Of a stretch of DNA of 64,000 bases, positions 20,795 to 28,485 are shown piece by piece. The number at the start of each line of letters is the position of its first letter. The first letter of the stretch is position 1. Source of the stretch: Nematocida ausubeli (lineage: Eukaryota). The translations under genes and the position numbers were made by a program. The notes under the pieces are model-generated. The model had not been told where the DNA came from, made no database searches, and saw only the letters and a list, made by a program, of their open reading frames with translations. Location: the NCBI RefSeq assembly GCF_000738915.1, contig NW_026515637.1, forward strand, positions 496,001 to 560,000, written 5' to 3'.

Positions 20795-21165
20795 AAAGGA
20801 AACACAGGAATCATTTGCTAGTTCTCCTCTGTGTGCACTCGCGCACAGGCAGATACCTTAAGCTCTTCGAGGTGCCTTTAACTTCATCGAGACAACTTAA
20901 ACTCTTCGGACAACTTAAATTCATCAAGGTAAGTTAAACTCATCACGGCCTGCACTGAAACCTGGGCCTAGCAAGAAGCACTTTAAACTCTTCGCATAGT
21001 ATTCCTGGCACACACATAAGTCCATCCTGCCTGCACAAAACAGATAAAACAACCCAGCAGACAGGCCCGAATATTCTAAGCTCCTATTAAACTCCTCTAA
21101 ATGAACTGTCTCTATATGTATATTAACAACACAAAAAACAATAAAGACACATGCATTTACTCCTT
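20795..21165 (+). ncRNA. Candidate structured non-coding RNA carrying repeated TTAAnYTCWTC motifs (boundaries approximate)
   Basis: Upstream TATA; no + strand ATG from 20770 to 21100; nested complementary segments; AATAAA at 21140-21145 followed by a T-rich tract. Confidence 0.45.
20858..21098 (+). repeat. Array of a degenerate 12-nt motif TTAAnYTCWTCR (6 clear copies, 2 weaker)
   Basis: Copies at 20858, 20878, 20897, 20915, 20934 and 20983; weaker copies at 21076 and 21087. Confidence 0.85.
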
Positions 21166-22044
21166 TTTTATTTTATTTCTGCGCACTGCTTTCTACCTCT
21201 GTCCTCTACTTGTATACTTTACTACTACAGAGCAGAGTATGTGTTGTGATGATGCTACTGTGCTGCACCATGCATAAACAGCCCGAATGACCTGCAGTGA
21301 TTTATCATTGCACAAGCACTCATCTGCTATGGCTGTAAGTTGACTGTGGAGCAAGATTATGCTGTTTATAGTGTATATACATGAATGTATTTACATGTTG
21401 CTATACGTGTATTCTTCCTTTGGTATAACCTATAGTATTGCTGCTGTGACACTCTGGTTGTGTTCTCTATGTGCTGGGCATACATAGCCTGCTTTGTGCA
21501 TTAAGCTCCTCTGTGTGGTGTCAGCGCCCGGCTGGGTCTTTGAATTGTGCAGTTTTTTTGATTTTCCTGTGCTTTCGTCTTTTTTTAGAGGAAATAAGCC
21601 TTCTATCTAATATTTACACACAAAATACAGAAGAGTTTATTTTTTACATATATATGGAAAGTAAAAAAAATATAAAATATATAGCATGTATTCTTAAGTA
21701 AAATAAATAACAGAGGGAAAAACGAAGAACAGCGCACCTAGATGCTTTGATAACCAGAATGCAATTCATTTTATACGCTTGATTTGGAAAAATGACTTTA
21801 TTAAATATCATATGTCTCTATATATAATACAGCTTAAATCCTTGGCACTTCACTAAATCTTATCATATTATTTAAGCATAAATTGAGTACTATATTGCTT
21901 CTTCCATAGAAATTTACAGACAAGATTATACTCTTACACAAAGGCTAGATATGTATAACTTGTGTAAATTTAATAAAATAATTCGAGTTTTTTTCTTTTA
22001 TATGGTTTATTCTGTATTCTGCTTTTAAGTAAATCCTTTTGTCT

Positions 22045-24051
22045 TCATGCAATGCAAAACTCTTGAAGGCTTTTAAATTTTTCAGATGAAAGTTTAGATG
22101 CAATGCTCAGAACAGGCTTTCCAATTTCTACAATCTCATTATACACAATATAATCAAAAGGCTCAGACGAATCTTTTGCAATGGAAGAAAGAGAAATAAA
22201 GCACTCAACGCCGGTTAGAATTTCCCTGTATCGATCCCCAGACCTAATGCAGATATTGTATCTATGCGAATAAAACAGTGAATCAAGCACACGCCTATCT
22301 ATATCTGAATAATCGGTGGCATGCATATTGTGAATGGGAATATTCATGAGCTTGCATAGCTGGCTAACTATTTTGTCCACGTTCTGCAGGTTTAGACCCA
22401 CAGTGTTTTTTCTTTTTATTTTATTATACAGGTGTAAGAGAGCTAGATGATCGCTATTTTTCATGCTCTGGATTTCTTTCTCTGAAAACAACTCATTCAG
22501 CTTGGCATTTTGCGAAGAAAGGACTTCAAGCATTCCTAAAATAACTGCTGCTTCCTGGCCGCATTTGTTTTTACATGCTTCAAGGAGGAATACTGAATGC
22601 ACCACAGAGAGAGGAAGTCTCTGAACCTCTCGCCCCAGCGGAGTTAGTCTAAAGTTCTTTATGACCTGCAGTTTCTCCATGCGAGATATGGCGGCCTGAA
22701 CATTTTCATGTGGTGCAATTGGCAGATTCAACTGAATGCACATAAAGATGAAATGCTCCAGGTCTTCCAGTTCAATTTTACTCACTCCTGTTTCATGCAG
22801 CGAATCAAATGCTTCTTTCGTATACATTCTAAAGCAGTCTCCATTAAGTGTTCTTCCTGTGCGGCCTGCTCTCTGAATGGCCTGCACCTTCTGGACAGGA
22901 ATGACTCTCATGACCTTTACATTCCTGACAGAGTCATAGACCATGCTTTTGTACATGCCACAGTCAATGACGTATTTTATTCTTGGAATCGTGATTGATG
23001 TTTCAGATATATTTGTGGAAAGAATGCATTTTGGCCCCTCCATCTCCACAGCTGCCATCTGTTCTGCAATAGGAAGCTTTGCATGCAGAATGACCACCTT
23101 CATTCCTTTAATCTTCTCCAACAAAAGGTTGTATACAATTTTTATATCGTCCATACCAGTTAGAAAGACAAGAATGCCAACAGATTCATTTGACAGCTCA
23201 AGGACTTTCTCAGTAATGCTTTTGATATAGTCGGACGTAGGCTCTTTTAGATAGTGGATTGCAACAGAATGGCGTGTGCTTTTGATATGCACAACAGGAA
23301 AGGGGCCTATCTCTTGGAAAACACTTTCTTCTAAAGTTGCGCTCATTAAAACAAGCTTTAAGTCTGTTCTGGTGCGGATCAGAAGTAGCAAGTACTTAAG
23401 AAGAATCAGAGACTCAATTGTTCTTTCATGTATTTCATCCAGAATTATCACAGAGTATCTTTTCAGCTCTCTGTCCTGAACTATTTCTCGAAGAAGCACG
23501 CCCTCAGTCATGTACTTTATTCTTTCTCCTTTCTTTGCATTAAACCTAACTGAGTATCCTATTTCCTTTTTGTTCATTTCTTTCTGCATTCTCTCTGCAA
23601 CAGAAACTGCAGCTGTTCTTCTTGGCTGTGTGCACCCAATGATCTTGTCTTCTGGTGTTATTTCCAGCAGAATCTTTGGGATTTGTGTTGTTTTTCCAGC
23701 TCCAGTTCCTCCTTTTATAACAACTGCCTTGCTTTCTCTGAGCGCCATAATGATTTCCTCTTTATATGCACCGATTATGTCCTTAAGGACTAGAGACTCT
23801 TCCCACTCTTTAATTATCTCCTGGCTCTTATTCAGTGTTTTAGTGTGTCTTGCGGTCTTTACAGGTTTTAAATATTCTTTATACTCTTTCTGCACTAGAA
23901 GAGTGTTTTCGCAGGCATGGTCTAGAAGTGTTCCGTACAGCAGGTCATGTATTCGCGTGGACTTATTTACTCGTTTTCTTTGTGGCTGTTTTTCAAGCAG
24001 GCCTTGAAGCTGCCTCATGTTCATTTTTGGACAAGAATAAATTTTTCCCAC
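22045..24051 (-). CDS. DEAH-box RNA helicase (Prp16/Prp22/Prp43/Dhr2 family, 668 aa)
   Basis: GGTGAGKTTQ, TQPRR, TEGVLLR, DEIHER, MSAT, STNISETSITI, QRAGRTGR and an HA2-like 'LTPLG' motif. Confidence 0.95.
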   Translation of the reverse strand: MGKIYSCPKMNMRQLQGLLEKQPQRKRVNKSTRIHDLLYGTLLDHACENTLLVQKEYKEYLKPVKTARHTKTLNKSQEIIKEWEESLVLKDIIGAYKEEIIMALRESKAVVIKGGTGAGKTTQIPKILLEITPEDKIIGCTQPRRTAAVSVAERMQKEMNKKEIGYSVRFNAKKGERIKYMTEGVLLREIVQDRELKRYSVIILDEIHERTIESLILLKYLLLLIRTRTDLKLVLMSATLEESVFQEIGPFPVVHIKSTRHSVAIHYLKEPTSDYIKSITEKVLELSNESVGILVFLTGMDDIKIVYNLLLEKIKGMKVVILHAKLPIAEQMAAVEMEGPKCILSTNISETSITIPRIKYVIDCGMYKSMVYDSVRNVKVMRVIPVQKVQAIQRAGRTGRTLNGDCFRMYTKEAFDSLHETGVSKIELEDLEHFIFMCIQLNLPIAPHENVQAAISRMEKLQVIKNFRLTPLGREVQRLPLSVVHSVFLLEACKNKCGQEAAVILGMLEVLSSQNAKLNELFSEKEIQSMKNSDHLALLHLYNKIKRKNTVGLNLQNVDKIVSQLCKLMNIPIHNMHATDYSDIDRRVLDSLFYSHRYNICIRSGDRYREILTGVECFISLSSIAKDSSEPFDYIVYNEIVEIGKPVLSIASKLSSEKFKSLQEFCIA

Positions 24052-24445
24052 ATCAGTGTTTCGTTGAAGGATAAATCATTAAGTATGCCGCAGACTGTAA
24101 AAGAACAAGTACATAACACGAAAAAGCATATATTTAGTATTATTGCAAGCTTTATGCTTGAAGAGGTATATTTATTTAATTGGTATTTGCATGTAAAAAG
24201 ATTATTTTTCTATTCCAGCTGTCTGGTGTCTCTTGCTATATAATGGTTTAGGATATATGGCAAAGGGGGTATACGCATAGGACAAAGCAGCTGGTTTGTT
24301 AGTAAAATAATTATTGGTTTTTTTGGTATGTGAAAGCATGAGTATTTTCATAATTTGCCGATGTTGCTCGGATATTTGTGTACATTCTTAGAAATGGAAA
24401 GAACATTAAGATTAAGACGTGTGATGTAGTTAATGTGATTATGGT

Positions 24446-27400
24446 TTATTGCGGTGTAGTATCCTCTACTGGAAATTTAGGAATGAAAACCTTTGCATTC
24501 TTTGTGGAGTACATGTTTTGCGATGTAGGGAAGGCTACTGGAGCTTCCTGGACTGACGTATCAATTATGGACTGAATCATTGGCTTTCCATATCTAGCTT
24601 CTAAGCTGGTTCCAATCGGTCCAAAGTCAACTTTGCCATCAGGCCCCCGCTTTGGCATTTTTCCAGTAATAACAGGCAGCGGAATGGGCTTTGGTGCTTG
24701 TTCTACGCTACTCCCCATTGACTCCTGGGATGCGCAGATCTTAATTGGCTTGAATGTCTTTGAGTCCACTGTAATCCACTTATTCAGCTTTTTATCCAGT
24801 ATGAAGATAGTATCCTGTGAGAGCTCAATTACCGGAATATTCTGGCCTGCTAGCTTCTTAACCATTCCTGTCAATGCGCCAACCCCTGGGATGTATCCCA
24901 ACCAAGATCCTTTCTGTGGTTTATCGTCAACAATCTGATATCTTGATTTGTCTGAGTAGAGCTTCTTGTAATCGATGTTGTCCTCTGCTGCAGAATCAGA
25001 AGTGTCTGTCTTATCATTGCTCTGAGCAGGTGCTGGAGCAGGCATTGGTGCAGAAGGTGCACTTATAAAGCTGTTCTGGGGGCTATTCTGTGTGCCGCTT
25101 GAATTTCCAGATGAGTTAGTGGATGCAGATGCGCCTGTAGCCTCTTGAGAAATACTATGTGAAGTACTTGGTGACCCTGCCATGCTTGGTGTGCTAGAAA
25201 TAGTTGGTGCAGCCGGCATTGACATGCTTGGTCTGGCAGGCATTGGCATACTTGGTTTGGCAGTAATTGGCATAGATGTTTCTGCAGGCTTAGCTGGCAT
25301 TGGCATACTTGGTCTGGAAGGCATTGGCATGTTTGGTCTGGCAGGCATTGGCATAGATGTTTCTGCTGGCTTGACTGGCATTGTCATACTTGGTCTAGCG
25401 GGCATTGGCATAGATGTTTCTGCTGGCTTGACTGGCATTGGCATAGGAATTGCAGGCTTACTCATTTCTGGCTTAGCAGGCATTGGAATAGCTGTTTCTG
25501 CTGGCTTAACTGGCATTGGCATGCTGGGTTTGAAAGGCATACTTGGTCTGACAGGCATTGGAATGCTAGTGCTGTTTGTTGCAGGCATTGGAATTGCAGG
25601 TTCACTTATTTTGGTCTCAGTAGGCATTGTCATGAAAGGCATACTGGGCTTAGTAGGCATTGGTATACTAGATTCATTCATTCCTGGCATTGGAATGCTA
25701 GTGCTGTTTGTTGCAGGCATTGGAATTGCAGGTTCACTTATTTTGGTCTCAGTAGGCATTGTCATGAAAGGCATACTGGGCTTAGTAGGCATTGGTATAC
25801 TAGATTCATTCATTCCTGGCATTGGAATGCTAGTGCTGTTTGCTACTGGTGAGGTGGGCTTGCCCATAGGAATTATTGGTCTGCTTGCAATCTTCTTTTT
25901 CACAATTCTTCCTGCTGGAACAGACACACCACTGCCTAGCGATATTCCACTGCTTATAGGCAACTCTGGCTTTGGCGTTGGAGCTGGAGCTGGTGTTGGA
26001 GTTGGTGTGCTAACCATGCGGGTGATGCCTTTGTCTACTGCATTTATAATTCCCTGAAGACCCCAGGAGCTAGCCTCTATTCCTAGACACTCTTCAATTT
26101 CATTTTTCTCTGAGCGAGTGAAAATGTCTTTGTTCTCTCTGTATATCTCCTGCGCTCTTTTCTTGTTCAAAACCCGCAAGTTCTTTAGTACTTCCTTTGT
26201 GCGCACTCGAATTCCTTCTTCCTTATCTTTCAGCTTGCTGCATATAAGCAAGGTGTTTATGTCAAACACCCAAGGAAGGCACTTTTCCATATGGCCAGAG
26301 ATAACTGCACAGACAATGCTTGCATGTGCTTGGCCATTGTGCAGAAGTGTATCAACTAGGGCATTTGCTACTGGCGCACTTCTTGATTGCACAGCGCTTT
26401 TCAATACTGCAAGATAGTTCTCTCGAACATTCTGTGTTTGCACAAGCTCCAATGGCACAGAGCATCCAGTCGACAGAAGAGTTCTTATCTGGTCGGTCTG
26501 TGTGTTTGTTGTATGTTCTGCATACATGGATCGCACAGATTCCAGATGCTCTGCATTCTTCGTTGCCAGGAAGAGGCCTTCTGCCCAGTTATTCTGCAAT
26601 AGTGCTTTGTTTATCTCCTGAGGCAGCGCGGGGTTGCATTCCAGAATGGGGCGGGCTTCAGTTCTTCTAACCTCTGCGGCGCACAGTGTTTCTGCATTCT
26701 TTGTAATAAGGAAGTTCAGTGGGTGCTCTTTCTCAGAGAAAGACAAAGGATATGCCTTAATGAGAAGACCGACCAGCTCCTCAGTAGACTTCTGCCGAAT
26801 GTTGCTCGTGTGTATTTCAGCTTGTAGCGAGTGCAGCTTTAGTGGCTGTGGCAGAAGCTTGGCAGAATTAGTAATGCTTGGCATCGCAGAGGAAAGAAGC
26901 AGCTTGCTTCCGCAGAAAAGCATCTGTACGTCAGAAGTAGGGTGTGAAGAGATAGGTTCTTCTACTGTTTCCAGCATAACTGGTACATCGTCTGTGCTTG
27001 GAAGAATGTATGGATTTTCCATGCTTGGCTGTGTGCTTTGTGGGAAAGGAGACGATGGTATGAAGTTAGGCCGGACCTGCTGCTGTCTGCTCTCATTGTT
27101 TCCACTCATTTCACTATTGTAAGCTGGGTATTCATCAAAAGCAATATCTTCCTGTTCTGCAGCCGCGTCATTAGCAAAATAGTTATCGCTGAATGAAAAG
27201 TCTTCCTGCTCTACATGTGCATCATTGGCTGGGAAGTTATTGAATAAAATTCCTTCTTGCTGTGTAGGTGCATCATTAGCTGGGAAGTTATTGAATAGAA
27301 TTCCTTCTTGCTGTGTAGGTGGATTGTTAGCCGGGAAATTACTATTGAATGCAGAGTCTTGTTGTGCTGCAGATCCATAGCAGAAGAGGCTTGGGTCAAT

Positions 27401-28396
27401 GGGCGGGCAGTCTTTAAATAGCTCGTCAACTGAGAAAGCTTCTTGCACTGGCTCTTCAAATTCTTCAGGTAATTGCTCCTCAGGCGACTCTACATCTTCT
27501 GGCGTATACCCAGATGGAATACATTCAGGATTGTTTTGAATGTGAGTTGTGTCCTGGTATGGCAATGAGTTATCTGTGGACATATAGCCTGAGTTGGACT
27601 CATCCGCAACGTATAAGTCGCCCTCTGGAGACGCATCCTCATGGGAATCGCCAAAGTACTCCTCAAGTGACCAGGAATTATCCTGTGGCATGTCAAAGAC
27701 ATCTGGTATGGGTGTAAATGTGCATCCATTGTTCTGCTCTGCATTAATAGAGGGGGCACTGTTGGTGTACTCATATGGCATTGCGGTTTCTTGCTCGGGC
27801 ACTTCAATGTTTCCTATTGGCTCTGGCTCAGCGGGCTGTACTGCTTCGGTGCATGGACTAGTAATATCTTGGTCCTCTTGGTTACTTTCATACGCATGCC
27901 ATGGGGATGCCCCTAGGTGCTGTATTGGGCTGCAGTTTGGCAGTGGTTCTGGACTGAACTCTGGTGTAAACTCCAGAGTGTCATTTGGACTTGCTTCTAG
28001 ATCGGCCGGTGAATTGGATTCTTCAGGTTCCCCAATGCGCTCTACAATCTGACTTGGCTCTATTTCCACCTGCTTTGGTGTCATCTCAAGTGAAGATGTC
28101 TCTGTAGTGCTCTGCACAACTTCGCTTTCTGGAGTCTTTTCTGCGATTAACTGTGCATCTTCTCTTTCACGTGGAGTGGCTACTTGTTCTTCCTTTTCTT
28201 TCTTTGTTGGGCGGGTTATGAAGAAGTTGTCTGAAGTCAAGTCCTCTGACAGATCATTCTCCCAGGCATCCATGTCAAAGATTTCAAGTTCTTCTTCCTG
28301 GGGTGTCTGCTGGGCATGCTCTTCTGCTTCATCATATGGCACTAGATTACGAAGAATATCTTCAAAGTCGTCTTGATTCTTCTGGCTGTAATTCAT
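24446..28396 (-). CDS. Putative COPII scaffold Sec16-like protein (probable start MNYSQ, 1316 aa)
   Basis: Acidic disordered N-terminus; central helical domain ('NNWAEGLFLA'); Pro/Met-rich linker; 'GSWLG' and C-terminal 'FILDKKLNKWI', resembling the Sec16 'YYDxxLKRWV' motif. Confidence 0.6.
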   Translation of the reverse strand: MNYSQKNQDDFEDILRNLVPYDEAEEHAQQTPQEEELEIFDMDAWENDLSEDLTSDNFFITRPTKKEKEEQVATPREREDAQLIAEKTPESEVVQSTTETSSLEMTPKQVEIEPSQIVERIGEPEESNSPADLEASPNDTLEFTPEFSPEPLPNCSPIQHLGASPWHAYESNQEDQDITSPCTEAVQPAEPEPIGNIEVPEQETAMPYEYTNSAPSINAEQNNGCTFTPIPDVFDMPQDNSWSLEEYFGDSHEDASPEGDLYVADESNSGYMSTDNSLPYQDTTHIQNNPECIPSGYTPEDVESPEEQLPEEFEEPVQEAFSVDELFKDCPPIDPSLFCYGSAAQQDSAFNSNFPANNPPTQQEGILFNNFPANDAPTQQEGILFNNFPANDAHVEQEDFSFSDNYFANDAAAEQEDIAFDEYPAYNSEMSGNNESRQQQVRPNFIPSSPFPQSTQPSMENPYILPSTDDVPVMLETVEEPISSHPTSDVQMLFCGSKLLLSSAMPSITNSAKLLPQPLKLHSLQAEIHTSNIRQKSTEELVGLLIKAYPLSFSEKEHPLNFLITKNAETLCAAEVRRTEARPILECNPALPQEINKALLQNNWAEGLFLATKNAEHLESVRSMYAEHTTNTQTDQIRTLLSTGCSVPLELVQTQNVRENYLAVLKSAVQSRSAPVANALVDTLLHNGQAHASIVCAVISGHMEKCLPWVFDINTLLICSKLKDKEEGIRVRTKEVLKNLRVLNKKRAQEIYRENKDIFTRSEKNEIEECLGIEASSWGLQGIINAVDKGITRMVSTPTPTPAPAPTPKPELPISSGISLGSGVSVPAGRIVKKKIASRPIIPMGKPTSPVANSTSIPMPGMNESSIPMPTKPSMPFMTMPTETKISEPAIPMPATNSTSIPMPGMNESSIPMPTKPSMPFMTMPTETKISEPAIPMPATNSTSIPMPVRPSMPFKPSMPMPVKPAETAIPMPAKPEMSKPAIPMPMPVKPAETSMPMPARPSMTMPVKPAETSMPMPARPNMPMPSRPSMPMPAKPAETSMPITAKPSMPMPARPSMSMPAAPTISSTPSMAGSPSTSHSISQEATGASASTNSSGNSSGTQNSPQNSFISAPSAPMPAPAPAQSNDKTDTSDSAAEDNIDYKKLYSDKSRYQIVDDKPQKGSWLGYIPGVGALTGMVKKLAGQNIPVIELSQDTIFILDKKLNKWITVDSKTFKPIKICASQESMGSSVEQAPKPIPLPVITGKMPKRGPDGKVDFGPIGTSLEARYGKPMIQSIIDTSVQEAPVAFPTSQNMYSTKNAKVFIPKFPVEDTTPQ
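25554..25841. repeat. In-frame 132-bp (44-aa) tandem repeat, about 2.2 near-perfect copies, inside a wider PMP-rich repeat tract
   Basis: Unit starts ggcattggaatgctagtgctgtttg at 25554, 25686 and 25818. Confidence 0.9.
27221..27321. repeat. In-frame 51-bp (17-aa, PTQQEGILFNNFPANDA) tandem repeat
   Basis: Two near-identical units starting at 27221 and 27272. Confidence 0.85.
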
Positions 28397-28485
28397 GTTT
28401 TGTTTTCTAGAAATAAAATAAATAGTAGAAATGAAACATTCAAGGTCGCGTTTCAAGTTTATTTGCAACATGCTCTGACGCTGTA

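Noticed and set aside
20851..20937. Peptide reading 'YLKLFE...QLKLFGQLKFIK' as a clamp-binding micro-ORF
   Set aside because: No in-frame ATG after the upstream stop at 20764, and the repeat spacing does not preserve frame
20915..20947. Box C-like TGATGA on the - strand as a C/D snoRNA
   Set aside because: These are the reverse complements of the repeat motif; no suitably placed box D with a terminal stem was seen
20858..20994. Motif array as a CRISPR array
   Set aside because: Repeats are 12 nt and degenerate, linkers are mostly 6-8 nt, the context is eukaryotic and no cas genes are present
25182..26057. 291-aa Gly/Ile-rich + strand ORF
   Set aside because: Antisense shadow of the Pro-Met repeats in the Sec16-like gene
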